A stretch of DNA of 63,348 nucleotides, filler included, from Octopus bimaculoides (lineage: Eukaryota): assembly GCF_001194135.2 (NCBI RefSeq). It is 4 parts of 4 records of this genome, joined end to end, with 100 filler letters (N's around TTAATTAATTAA, not from the genome) between each part and the next. Parts side by side here need not be neighbours in the genome. Positions count along the whole stretch, not along the records: positions 45,620 to 55,249 come from NC_068999.1; positions 55,350 to 63,348 come from NC_069004.1; 2 more parts are not named here. One strand, given 5' to 3'. The position numbers and the translations under genes are program-made. The first letter of the stretch is position 1. Every line of letters begins with the position of its first letter. Below, one piece after another: positions 48,543 to 61,454 of this stretch. The notes under the pieces are model-generated. The model was not told the DNA's origin, did no database searches, and saw nothing but the letters and a program-made list of their open reading frames with translations.

Positions 48543-49376
48543 TGTTTCACATGAAATGTCGCATTTTTAATTACTTGTTATTTCAGTCACTGGAAAAGTC
48601 AAGAAAACGGATAGGTTTGTTCCACATCAACTGAACGAGATTCAAAAAAACAGACGCCTCGAAGTATGCTCCTTATTGCATTCTCAACTGGAAAAAGACC
48701 ATTTTTGCACCAAATCATTACTTGTGATGAGAAATAGATACTCTTTGACAACAGCAGGAGAACAGGAGAGTGATTAGATACAGGAGAATCACCTAAAAAC
48801 TACCCAAACCCACCATTGCATCCTAAAAAGTTAGTGGTCACTGTATGGTGGTCTGCAAAGGGAGGTATTCATTATTCATTTTTGCAACAAGGAAAACGGT
48901 AACAGCAACATCGTATTGCCAGGAAATTGATTGTATGCATGAGAATTTGAAAAAGAAGCAATTCAGACTAGTGAATAGAGATGGCCCAATTTTACTCCAC
49001 GACAATGCACGTCCTCACACTCCCCAAGCTACGGTTCAAAAGTTGCAAAGCCTGAATGATGAGATTTTTCAACATCCTTCCTATTCCCTTGATATCTCTA
49101 TTACTGATCATCACTTATTTAAGCATTTTGAGCTTTTCATAAGCAATAAAACATTCTTAAATAGAAAAGAAGTAATTGAAGCATTCGGACAGTTTATCAC
49201 AGCAAATGGTGAATTTTTTTTTTTTTAAGATGGAATATATGACATAGAGAAACGTTGGGTAAACCTCATAAATGAACATGGATCATACTTTGATTAAATA
49301 AATCAGTTCTCTAACACTTCTGAAACATTTTATTGTTACCTTTCAAATACGACATTTCATGTGAAACAAGCTAATA
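48543..49376 (+). mobile_element. Internally deleted mariner (DD34D) with both TIRs
   Basis: TIR TGTTTCACATGAAATGTCG at 48543 and its complement near 49350-49368. RFVPHQL, ITCDEK*IL, HDNARPH...(34)...TDHHLF. N-terminal HTH absent. Confidence 0.88.
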
Positions 49377-49403
49377 TTTATAATTAAATATTATTAGGAA
49401 TTA

Positions 49404-49506
49404 TATAAAAGAATGTAAACGGTTTAAAAGAATGTTAACGTATTTAAAAGAATGTTAACATTTTAAAAGAATGTTAACGAATTATATAAAAGAATGTTAA
49501 CGTATT
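49404..49506. repeat. About 20-bp tandem repeat (AAAAGAATGTTAACG...), about 5 units
   Basis: Seen directly. Confidence 0.8.
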
Positions 49507-50434
49507 GCTGAAGTATAAGCAATTCATTGCTCATAGATTTTAACAAAAAAAATCTTATATAGATCCTTAAGTGTCATATAAACTCTAAGGGGCATATGGA
49601 CCCCAGTTGATAACCGCTAATATAAACAGTAAAAGCTAAACAATCAAAAGACAAAAAACATACCCTACACTGCTTGATGAATAAATTGCCTCACCGATGA
49701 CCCACGGACAAGCTGGCCAAAATATTTCCACAAAACACAACCAACACAACCAACGTCCTCGTCAGCCACACTCTCTTGTGTAATTTTTTCTTCAGCCGCG
49801 ACGCTTTCATCCTGATTTGACTTAAGAGAGCGACAACCCGGGCACAGGAGACACTGGATGTCTCAACAAGAACCGATGCTAAAAAGGAAATCTGTCCGTT
49901 GATAACTGGTATTAATTTAGTAATCTTCCTCTCCTTTGTATTATGAGCGACAGCTTCAGGATTTATGGTCGAAGAGGCAAGATAGACACAGGAGAAAGTG
50001 TCGTAATACGTAATGTCCGAGACGAGTGAAATCACTCCCTCGAACGAGAAAAGGGTTATTCTTTATGGACGCTTATTGTTGCCGAGTCAAGGACAACTGA
50101 CTCTAGTTTGACAAGAAACCAACAACATCTAATTCCTATTTAATAATATCACCCAGTTCTGCCCAGCAAGGAAAATGTCCCGCTCTATGGAAAGAGAGCG
50201 GGTACAGTTGAAACTCGGTGATGGTATCATCCCAGCTATATTTTATGTTACTGAGACTAGGGTGTAGGTTAACTACCATGTACTTATACTTCGTCGTCAA
50301 AAAGGATACTAGCCGATGAAGGGAAAACTTCTTTGAGTCAAGTACTAATGTTTAGTTGTGAACCATAATTAACACATTCCTGAAAGCTGATACATAAATA
50401 TTAATGACTTGTAGGGACGCGGTAAACAGACATA

Positions 50435-50930
50435 ATATACTAGAAAGGATACTAAAGGTTTGTATAAGTCAATACCGTGTCCTACTGTATTTGCAGTGCA
50501 CTTTATATTATCTGTTAGGGTTATCTCTACAGATATTCTATAGAAATCTTTATAATATATCAGCACTTTATAATATATCAGCTGTACGTTCCAGCTTCCA
50601 GGAATGTGCTTAATATGTAAATTTGGTATATGTAAATTTGGTATATCCAATAACGTCACGCCGCTGTATTTAGTGGCTATTTAAGCAACGTGTTATTAAG
50701 GGGTTAGAAATATGGCATATACGCCCATTACCCTTTTTTTCATCTTCGATTTCCTTGTTTGTTTACATCTGATGTCTCGGATACGAAACGCCGTAACAAA
50801 AATCAGCGCTGGCTACAATTCTTAAAGAACATCTGTAGAGATAACCCTAACAAGTGACGTAAAGCACACTGCTACCATTGTAGAACATGTTATTGACTTA
50901 TAAAAGCGTTTAATATACTTTTTAGTATAT
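50435..50930. mobile_element. MITE-like element with about 105-bp imperfect TIRs
   Basis: 50435-50539 is an imperfect reverse complement of 50826-50930 (core TGTTAGGGTTATCTCTACAGAT perfect). No TSD identified. Confidence 0.7.
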
Positions 50931-51479
50931 CATAGTTGCATATCGAAATCCTGCGTCCTTATAAGTCATTGAAACTTGTTAAATGATATTAGGTACTCTG
51001 CGACTCCAATTTCAAAAACACCACTTGCTGCACATATCATGCGGTGAAGAAATATAATAAATGAAGAGGAGTAGATAGCCGTTGATTGAATTCATGATAC
51101 TTATGTTTCAGTATTATGGTAAATTTTTTGCACAAGATGTATTACATAATATGATGTAATATTACATAATTTTCGTTCACATGCTCTGTTGCCTGCCATC
51201 TCGTCAGGCGTCATGAACCATAGAAAAGATATCCTAAAAATGATAAAAGGCAGAGCTAACCTTGTATTTGAACTCAGAGAACCAGAAAGTCGTAATAGAT
51301 GCACAAGGCAAATTGTCCTATGGTCCAACGATCCGGCAGATTTGTTTTTCACTATATCAGGTCTTGGCATTTAAATGAAAATCGTTTCCAATACCATCTA
51401 TCAAATTTTTCTTATCTTTTGTCGGTTATGAGATGATTAAGGATAACAGCTCTCGTTGGTTTTCTTTAATACTGGATGT

Positions 51480-51640
51480 CACAGGCAGTAGCTGTTGTTG
51501 ATGCCCCTTAGAGCAAAGGTATTCTAGTCACGATTGTCTTTTCAGTGTACCCAGGACTACACATATTATCCAATATATCATTTCCTTTTTTTAAGACGGT
51601 GACGTTTGCTTTGAAGAAGACTTGACTGTTGTTTCTAACG
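51480..51640 (-). mobile_element. Degraded SINE-like interspersed repeat (related pieces near 9240-9415, 52835-52885, 54620-54690)
   Basis: Shared TAGAAATAGC and GGAAT(G/A)CCTT motifs among these loci. Confidence 0.4.
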
Positions 51641-51961
51641 ACCATATAAAGGTTCCTTCCTTGAATGTTATTCTAACACCGGTGATGCCAGTTGCTTTTC
51701 GATGAGAAAAAATAACTCGAAGCTTAGCAAGAGGAATACAAACAAACCGCCGATATCAATGCCACCGCTACCATTACCTCTATCACAGTCATCATCATCA
51801 CTGCCATCAGCATCATCTAGCACTAGCATCATTACCACCACTACCACCGCAACCATCATGACTCAATACATACTACTTATATAACCGAGTCAATAAACAT
51901 ACAAACAATTTAAAGCCGTATTTTGAAGATAATATTTCCAAATTCTTTCATCTGTCTTTAG

Positions 51962-52124
51962 ATAACAGTTTTTTGACGAGAGTGAGGGAGAAAAATCTCG
52001 CATGCATGTTAAAAACTATCGACAACGACAGAGCTAGAGTCTATATGGAGTCATGTGATAACCCGTATTTAAAAATCAATAACTGCCTGTATACACCTGA
52101 TATCCTACTGACACAACATATAGG
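51962..52124 (+). CDS. Candidate internal exon of an unidentified gene
   Basis: Pyrimidine-rich acceptor TTCTTTCATCTGTCTTTAG, donor AGG|GTATGT, 163 nt open (NSFLTRVREKNLACMLKTIDNDRARVYMESCDNPYLKINNCLYTPDILLTQHIG). No homology recognised. Confidence 0.27.
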
Positions 52125-52310
52125 GTATGTATANNNNNNNNNNNNNNNNNNNNNNNNNNNNNNNNNNNNNNNNNNNNNNNNNNNNNNNNNNNNNNNNNNN
52201 NNNNNNNNNNNNNNNNNNNNNNNNNNNNNNNNNNNNNNNNNNNNNNNNNNNNNNNNNNNNNNNNNNNNNNNNNNNNNNNNNNNNNNNNNNNNNNNNNNNN
52301 NNNNNNNNNN

Positions 52311-52348
<38 letters not shown>

Positions 52349-53100
52349 ATATATTTTTAATATATACATTATATAATGTATAAATATATATATACATTAT
52401 ATATATATTAAATATACATGTGTGTGTGCGCGCGCGTGTGTATGTACATTATAATATATTATGTTATAGAAACAATTATATTATATGCTCGTAATGATGA
52501 AATTATCAGGCGTAAGACATCCAGGTAGATAAAAATAAGTAGTGGAAAATGTCAGCTGACTGCGCATAAGTATTGGATATTTAGATACCTAGATAAAGGT
52601 TGGAGAGAAAAATGCACCAAAGAAGAAAATAGACCAACCACAACAGCCACATGACAATAGACCAACTACAGTCACAAGATAATATACACCATCACAATGA
52701 TAAAATACTGATGTATAATACTTCAACATCCTTCAGTCTCTTCAGAGTAAAATAACTTTAACGCATAAACTCGAGACATTGGTTGGAATATTCCATTATT
52801 GAAAACACGTCATCAACGAATCAATGAATAGGTCACTGTGTAGTCACTCGACATGTTAGAAATAGCGGCCAAGTATCCCTGAAGCTACTATTTTAGTACC
52901 TCCACCAATCTTTAGCCGCTGTCCCACTCGTCTCTCTATTTGCCATCACTTATTTCGTCCACCTCTTTCAAACCTAGCCATTTTATCTAGTCCTTGCTCT
53001 CCAGAACATCGACTCAGGTGTCTTGTCCTTGTTCATTGACTTTAAACACAACATTAATGACATCAAGCTCACCGGTTTCACGTGACTTCCAGACGTCAGG

Positions 53101-54480
53101 TATTGGGTTGTCCGTCAGGTATTGGTTGTTTTCAAAGGAAAGAAAAAGGTCAATAAATACTTGCCATTACATTTTTAATCAACCAAATATATACCATCTT
53201 GTTGCACAATGCGTCTCCATCTTTCCTTTAACTTGAAAATAACCTCTTCCCAGAATTGAGGTGGTTTCATGGCAAAGAATTCATCAAGGTATCTTTTTAC
53301 GTCATCCAAGGAATTGACATTTTTACCATTAAGACTATTCTGCAGAGACCTGAATAAGTGGAAATCCGAAGGAGCAATATCCGGTGAATATGGAGCTGCA
53401 TTAATTCTTGTCTGGTTCCCAAAGAAACGTGCGGTCTTGCATTATCATGTTGGAAAACAACNNNNNNNNNNNNNNNNNNNNNNNNNNNNNNNNNNNNNNN
53501 NNNNNNNNNNNNNNNNNNNNNNNNNNNNNNNNNNNNNNNNNNNNNNNNNNNNNNNNNNNNNNNNNNNNNNNNNNNNNNNNNNNNNNNNNNNNNNNNNNNN
53601 NNNNNNNNNNNNNNNNNNNNNNNNNNNNNNNNNNNNNNNNNNNNNNNNNNNNNNNNNNNNNNNNNNNNNNNNNNNNNNNNNNNNNNNNNNNNNNNNNNNN
53701 NNNNNNNNNNNNNNNNNNNNNNNNNNNNNNNNNNNNNNNNNNNNNNNNNNNNNNNNNNNNNNNNNNNNNNNNNNNNNNNNNNNNNNNNNNNNNNNNNNNN
53801 NNNNNNNNNNNNNNNNNNNNNNNNNNNNNNNNNNNNNNNNNNNNNNNNNNNNNNNNNNNNNNNNNNNNNNNNNNNNNNNNNNNNNNNNNNNNNNNNNNNN
53901 NNNNNNNNNNNNNNNNNNNNNNNNNNNNNNNNNNNNNNNNNNNNNNNNNNNNNNNNNNNNNNNNNNNNNNNNNNNNNNNNNNNNNNNNNNNNNNNNNNNN
54001 NNNNNNNNNNNNNNNNNNNNNNNNNNNNNCAGTTCTCGGGTTATGCAATGTGGGTTATTCTCAATTAATGACTTGATTTGGTCATCATTTGTAGTGGATG
54101 GTCTGCCTGATCGCTCTTTATCAATAAGGCTACAATCTCCAGCTCGGAACCTTGCGAACCACTTCCGTACAGTTCTTTTGGATAAAGAAACATCACCGTA
54201 AACTGCGCATATTTCTTTGATTGCTTGTGAGGCATTTTTCCCTTTACGGAAAAAGAAAAGCATGAAGTGCCGAAAACGAACTTTCTTATCTTCTATTTTA
54301 AAGGGTTACAGAATTAACACAGGTTATAGGAACATAAACCTTCTTCCACGAAAAGATCGCTTAAACTGTGCTCTAAGTGGAGGTGTAGTCAAATCCTATT
54401 TTATGCACTCAGCCATATTCTAAAATAAGTCGAAAGGCAAGCTACTATAAATCGGCATGAACTTTCCGGACAACCCAATA
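53101..54480 (-). mobile_element. Full-span mariner element with TIRs; middle hidden by a 568-N gap
   Basis: TIRs TATTGGGTTGTCCG at 53101 and CGGACAACCCAATA ending 54480. MLFFFRKGKNASQAIKEICAVYG...WFARFRAG...RSGRPS (HTH), then QHDNARPH and SDFHLF...KERWRRIV. Start codon appears mutated; deletion near YSPD. Confidence 0.92.
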
Positions 54481-54485
54481 TAATC

Positions 54486-54568
54486 CTCCAGGCTCAGTCA
54501 TGTATATTCCTCCAGACGACATGTATATTCCTCCAGACGACATGTATATTCTTTCAGGCTCAGTCATT
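54486..54568. repeat. 21-bp short tandem repeat (CATGTATATTCCTCCAGACGA)
   Basis: 3-4 units immediately outside the mariner TIR. Confidence 0.8.
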
Positions 54569-55109
54569 AAAAAAATGGCACATTGAATAATATAACTATT
54601 CTAGAATAAAACTAAATGATGGTTGGAATGGCTTTGATCATAAGTTTACTCATTTAGAGCTGCCCTGGGATTAAGTTACATCAATGACAACATAAAAGAA
54701 TCGTAATTTATCATACATTACACTCTAAACTTGGACTCTAAACCAGTTGTTTTCTTCTATACATGCTCCACAGTTCTGCCACGACTAGTTGCACTGGGGT
54801 CGATGTAATCGGCTTACACCCTCCCCGGAAATTGTTGGCCCTGTGCCAAAATCTGAAACCAATCTTGGCAGAACGTTAAATTTGTTTGTTTGCATGTGAG
54901 CTGCAAACAAAAACTATTTACATGTGCAAGTCTTGTGTTAGGAAACTGCTCAACTACAAGATTTACTTGAATTCACATGAATTCCCAATGAATTCATCTT
55001 ATCCAGAAATCATCTTCCGTTCATAATCCTGGAATTTGAAAAACAAATTAATATATAATATATTAAATTGAATTTACAGAGTATATGACGCGATATACGA
55101 AAAGGGTTT

Positions 55110-55249
<140 letters not shown>

Positions 55250-55349
55250 NNNNNNNNNNNNNNNNNNNNNNNNNNNNNNNNNNNNNNNNNNNNTTAATTA
55301 ATTAANNNNNNNNNNNNNNNNNNNNNNNNNNNNNNNNNNNNNNNNNNNN
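55250..55349. other. Artificial 100-bp scaffold join
   Basis: N44-TTAATTAATTAA-N44. Confidence 0.95.
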
Positions 55350-55653
55350 GAGGTAATTAAAACGGGAATATCTCCGAATTGTAACTAACAAAACACTTGA
55401 ATGCTTTTAAATATGACTACACTTCAGTTTACCTTTGTTTCTTTTATATATGCATTGGAATTCAGGAGAAAGTACAAGCATTCATTTGCCGAAAATTTTC
55501 CATCGATATTTGCTTTCTTATTTCTTCCTCTCTTTGTATATTTGTCCTTTTATATATTCTTTACTTGATTGCTTGTGAAATTTAAACTGTTCCAACATTA
55601 GAATGGAGTTGTTTGTGACAAGAAGAAAGCAATGTATAGGCATCCACACACAT

Positions 55654-55690
<37 letters not shown>

Positions 55691-55916
55691 TATATATATA
55701 TATTTATATATATATATATATAGTTACACACACACATTCACACACATATATATATGTATATGTATGTATGCACACACACACACATACATACACACACACA
55801 CACACACATATCTGTATATATATATGGATGGGTGGAAGTATATATATACATATATATATTTCTATGTATACATATGAATGTATGTACATATATATATATA
55901 TATATGTGTGTGTGTA

Positions 55917-55947
<31 letters not shown>

Positions 55948-57139
55948 ATGCATGTCTTAATACATACATACATATTACATACATGAATATCTATATCTGT
56001 GTATGTATGTGTGTTTGTATGTGTGTGTGTGTGTGTGTTTCAGGAAGTGGGGAAAAAATGGCTCGAAAGAATTGAAAAAGACTAAGTTTTGACATCAGGT
56101 GCAGAAAATGTTGTTCAGATTTGAACATAGAGAATCCGATTAGACTTCGGAGAAGACAAAATTCTATTAAAGAAGTCGTACACTGTTTCAGAGCTTAGCT
56201 AATTGGATGGCTTATTTCATTTAAAACACAACGCAACGTATGTTGAATTAACAACACATAGATGTTAGCGCTAACAGCAAATTTCATTTTAACATCATTA
56301 TACTACAATTTCGATAATGAGCGTTAACGACAGTAAGAAAAAAATAATGAAGGAAACATAATAAAGAAGTGAGAAAATGAGAGAAAATGAAGGAGCATGT
56401 AAAAAAAAAAATTAAATAAAAGTAACGAAAATCAGTTGACGAAATAAAATTATCAAACAATAAAAGAAATAAAATATTTAAATATATGTAAAAAAAGAAA
56501 ACGGGGAAATTTTTAGAAGCATTAAAATTTTAATCAAGTATGAAATAAATAAAGTAAAAGTAATGACAGTCACTAGAGGAATAGAGAGGGTTTTTAAGGA
56601 TTAGAGGTGACTAAGAATAACGTGTGAAGTTGTGAAGGTGATTATTTCCCAAAAGCCATAACTACGTAATTGCTACATTTTTAGGCATTGGTTGAAAAAG
56701 AAAAAAGATGATTAAAAAAAAAAAAACAAGACAGTAATATGTATAAACAATCAAAAGAATGCAACAAATGCTATGGAGCTATGAAGTCATGGCGGTATAT
56801 AGAACATGTGTGTACGTATGAAGATACAGGCACAGTTAGATATGCACATAGATGCACACATATGTACATATGCATGTAAACAAATACATATGTACATATT
56901 GGTACATGTGTATGTAAGTATATATGTATGTAGCTATATATATATATATATNNNNNNNNNNNNNNNNNNNNNNNNNNNNNNNNNNNNNNNNNNNNNNNNN
57001 NNNNNNNNNNNNNNNNNNNNNNNNNNNNNNNNNNNNNNNNNNNNNNNNNNNNNNNNNNNNNNNNNNNNNNNNNNNNNNNNNNNNNNNNNNNNNNNNNNNN
57101 NNNNNNNNNNNNNNNNNNNNNNNNNNNNNNNNNNNNNNN

Positions 57140-57240
57140 CATGGTACTTTGGGCAAGTGTTTTCTGTTATAGTCTCGGGCCGACCAAAGCCTTATGAGTG
57201 GATTTGATAGACGGAAACTGAAAGAAGCCCGTAGTATATA

Positions 57241-57271
<31 letters not shown>

Positions 57272-57497
57272 TTGTGTGTGCATGTATAGCTTTGTGTATC
57301 TGTTTGTCCTCCCAGCATCGCTTGACAACCGATGCTGGCGTGTTTACGTCCTCGTAACTTAGAGGTTTGGCAAAGACACTGATAGAATAAGTACTAGGCT
57401 TAGAAAGAATAAGTCCTGGGTTCGATTTGCTCGACTAAAGGCGGTGCTCCAGCATGGCCGCAGTGAAATGACTGAAACAAATAAAGGAAGAAAAGAA
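57140..57497 (+). mobile_element. SINE family A, bipartite copy
   Basis: CORE-like module, (TG)n, then a near-consensus 3' module. Confidence 0.87.
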
Positions 57498-58360
57498 TAT
57501 ATATACATACATATATACATACATATATATATATAATTATATAAAATGAATCTGTATATATGTACATATATATGTAAGTTTACAAACACATACACGCACA
57601 CATACACACACACACACGCATGCAGATACACACGCACATACATAAGCAAACACACACACAAATATATAAGTTTATACGAAGAACGTAGGTCCATATGATA
57701 AGTTGCAGACATTCTATGCGTAATGTTGCGTTATTATACCATCATATATTCAAACGTACTTGACATTTTTCGTTTTTATCTTCTTTTGAAAAGTTTTCCA
57801 ATCTTTTTACATCAGTTAGTAGATATGTTTTATCAAATGCAATTACGTTTTAGAATACTTCAAACAATTTCGCACACGCATACATTCACACACATACACA
57901 TACAGACACATGCACACACATATACGCACCTATGTCATATATGTAGGCATATTTATTCTTGCATTTCAAAATTGAGACCATTTGACTCGCTACTGGTGGT
58001 TTCAAAGTTTGCGATCTTCAGGCAACTAATTATCGGAGGTTTGAAGTATCTTATAGACACACAGGCGGTTCATTTGCTGCAGATGAAGAAATATATATGG
58101 CTTGAGTGTATGCGTTACACGGAAAGATACATGTGAATGTACACACAGACACACGGCAAAGACATACACACGCACAAAAACACAAAAACAGACACCCTCA
58201 TTCAGATATATGCATGTTTAAGAATGTATACATTTTTGAATGTATATGAATGTATAAAAATGACGTAAGAATTTACAACAAAAAAACTGAAATATGGAGG
58301 AATAATTAAATGTTTCTCAGTCATATATGGTGTAAGTGTGTAGGTTTGTACGTGTGTGTA

Positions 58361-58397
<37 letters not shown>

Positions 58398-58688
58398 CTC
58401 TATCTCTCTATCTCTCTATCTATCTACATCTCTCTCTATATATATGTATATATCTGTTGCTCTCTCTCTTATATACTTATATCTATAAATGAAGTGATTG
58501 TTCGTTATGTTGCCAGTCTTGTTTTTCTCTTTGCTTCTTTCGTTGTTCGCATAAAAAGTTCGTTTTCCATGCTTTTGTATTTCAATTTCTCGCTTCTAGT
58601 GTTGTCTACGTTATTTGACGTCCTGTACCCATATATGCGTGTGTATATATACATATATAAGTATATGCATTTATGTATGTATATATGC

Positions 58689-58748
<60 letters not shown>

Positions 58749-59283
58749 ACGTAAATATGTCATACACTCATGATATTTATTGGATATAAAGCATTTACCT
58801 ATATAAGGTGCTGGAAATCGCAATCTGCCCAGGTGTGCTGATCCAATTGTAAACGCTTCTTTCTATTTTCCTTTCTCAAGCTCAACTCCTTCTAAATGTT
58901 AAGAGAAACATTTATATAGCGTAAATCATATTACATTTGGTGTCCCTTCTGTAATTTTGGCAAACGTTTCTCGGAAGATTATTGTTTTCGAACATAACAT
59001 TGCAGTTATGATTATAATGAATATAATTCTTGCAAATGATGTATATTTCTAATTAGGAAGGTTCCGTAACGTCTGCAAAAAATCCTGCTCAAACATAACA
59101 AGATTAGCTTTTCATAATCTATGTATATATAAAATTCTTTGTATCTCTGTCTGTTCCCAATGCATTTTCCAACAGCTCAACCAAATGAAATCAAATTTTA
59201 CATGGTAATCCTATCACACCCAAGGAGTATCGCAGAAATACAGAAATACAGCACAAATTTAATCCAAACGACTGTCGAAAATT

Positions 59284-59513
59284 AGTGCTGCTCTGGTATA
59301 AAAAGCTCCTCCCAGCACTCACAGATGTTGAAACGGTTGATAGACTGACAAAAATAGTAATTTTTCAAGGCAAGGAGCAATTGTTAGGCGTCCTTGAACT
59401 TCCAACATCTTCAGGAGAACAGCAAACTATGGCTGTTTACTAAGCAGTGGAGAAGTGGAGGTATAACCGACAAAATTCAGGCACTTTTGTGTGATACGAC
59501 AGCAAGCAACTGG
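59284..59513 (+). mobile_element. hAT-superfamily transposase fragment (HWDGK...DTTASNTG type)
   Basis: LWYKKLLPALTDVETVDRL...GKEQLLGVLELPTSSGEQQ...(fs)ITDKIQALLCDTTASN. Confidence 0.6.
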
Positions 59514-59601
59514 TTGATCGCGCTTCCTATTCTGCTGATTTCGGCTATCATCACTTACCTAACATGAAAATCACTTGGCTGAGAACCAGCATCGCAGAGA
59601 T

Positions 59602-59800
59602 GATGGTGTCACATCTGCTTTTGATGACATGTTTGCCCAGCAGGATTAAAATTTCTTCACAAATGGAATCAAATCACTGCAATACTGATGGAAAAAGTGT
59701 GTGGGTTGCACGGAGGACTAGCTTGGAACATAAGCTTCAGTTGGTCACATTGCATGAAAATATATTGGTTAGCCTATAAAAGTTTCAGACGATCCGCGTA
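59602..59800 (+). mobile_element. Mariner 3' end fragment
   Basis: Frameshifted ...KNFFTNGIKSLQY*WKKCV... followed by a TIR-like AAAGTTTCAGACGATCCGCGTA. Confidence 0.6.
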
Positions 59801-60694
59801 TTTGAACGATCGGAAGCCTTAAAATCAGAGGTAAGTTTCGACAAACATCATCTTGTACTGACAGACACAAACTCCACTTCATCTATTGAGTAGTTGCGTT
59901 CGTTTACAAACAAAACCGTTTCCATTTCGTCAACACACGCATACACAACACACAACACAAACATTGAAATGTTTGTGCCCATATTTGCTAATCTGAGGAA
60001 ATTTGAGAGTGAAGGAGGAGGATATAGAGCTATGCCCGTTTTACAAATGCATGTGATTATATAAGAAGAAAAAAACGTATTTAAAGAGATAGGAGTACAA
60101 TTTTATTCATAATCATGAATGCAAGCGTACAAAATCCTTCAAAGCATAACTCCTTAATTAAAAACGAAATATAACGTAATATAACGTAATGTAATATAAT
60201 ATGATATAATATAATATAATATAATTGTGCACAGTAAGAAGCACTCCCCACCACCGGATATAAAATTATGAATTCATCATTGAGTTACATTTATTTTCTA
60301 CAGTAATCATAAAATACAGTTGGATATCAAAGATGACGTGTGACTACATGGAATACAAGCGTATTTTTTAGCGCATTTCTATATACGTGTATACATACAT
60401 ACAAATATATATATATATANNNNNNNNNNNNNNNNNNNNNNNNNNNNNNNNNNNNNNNNNNNNNNNNNNNNNNNNNNNNNNNNNNNNNNNNNNNNNNNNN
60501 NNNNNNNNNNNNNNNNNNNNNNNNNNNNNNNNNNNNNNNNNNNNNNNNNNNNNNNNNNNNNNNNNNNNNNNNNNNNNNNNNNNNNNNNNNNNNNNNNNNN
60601 NNNNNNNNNNNNNNNNNNNNNNNNNNNNNNNNNNNNNNNNNNNNNNNNNNNNNNNNNNNNNNNNNNNNNNNNNNNNNNNNNNNNNNNNNNNNNN

Positions 60695-60741
<47 letters not shown>

Positions 60742-60832
60742 GTCTCTGTATGCATGCGCTTCTTTAAGCATGTGTACGTACATGAATAAACATTATATTT
60801 GTTTGTCAGAGAATTGTTTGAGTGTGAACGAG

Positions 60833-60906
60833 CGGAAGTAGCAAACAAAAATGAAAATGACAACACAAACTAAGATGGCTGCCACTAAAAGCTTTACATA
60901 TGACGT
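60833..60906 (+). promoter_or_regulatory. Promoter-like motif cluster (ETS, YY1, CRE half-site)
   Basis: CGGAAGT at 60833-39, AAGATGGCTGCC at 60872-83, TGACGT at 60901-06, in non-repeat sequence. Motif match only. Confidence 0.3.
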
Positions 60907-61299
60907 GTTGGATGATTAAATATTTATTTTCGCTCAAATCGCATTAAACTACGTACTGGAGCACGCACACATACACACACACATAGGCACACACACACAG
61001 AGGTTTTGTGCGGACATACACACAAGCAAGCATGCATATATATACATATACATGTGTATTTGCATGTGAGTGTGTGTATGTGTGCGAGCGTGTGTGTAGG
61101 TATGCGTATATGTATCTGAAAATACGTGCTTCTCCAAATAGATAAGTTTCGTGTATGCTTTTTTTGTCTTTATCTTTATTCCGGATTGTCATGTCAGCTG
61201 TTTAACGCCGAAGTCCTTCTTTCTATGCATACAATATTTCATGCATAGATGGAGAGGCAGAGAGCGAGAGAGAGAGAGAGAGAGAGAGANNNNNNNNNN

Positions 61300-61336
<37 letters not shown>

Positions 61337-61411
61337 AGGGAGAAAGAGAAAGAAACAGAAAAGAACAACAGAGACAGTGAGACAGTGAGTAACAGAGAGA
61401 GACAGACAAGC

Positions 61412-61454
<43 letters not shown>

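Noticed and set aside
58790-59130. Coding-like minus-strand segment (possible transposase remnant)
   Set aside because: Multiple stops and no motif I can assign with confidence.
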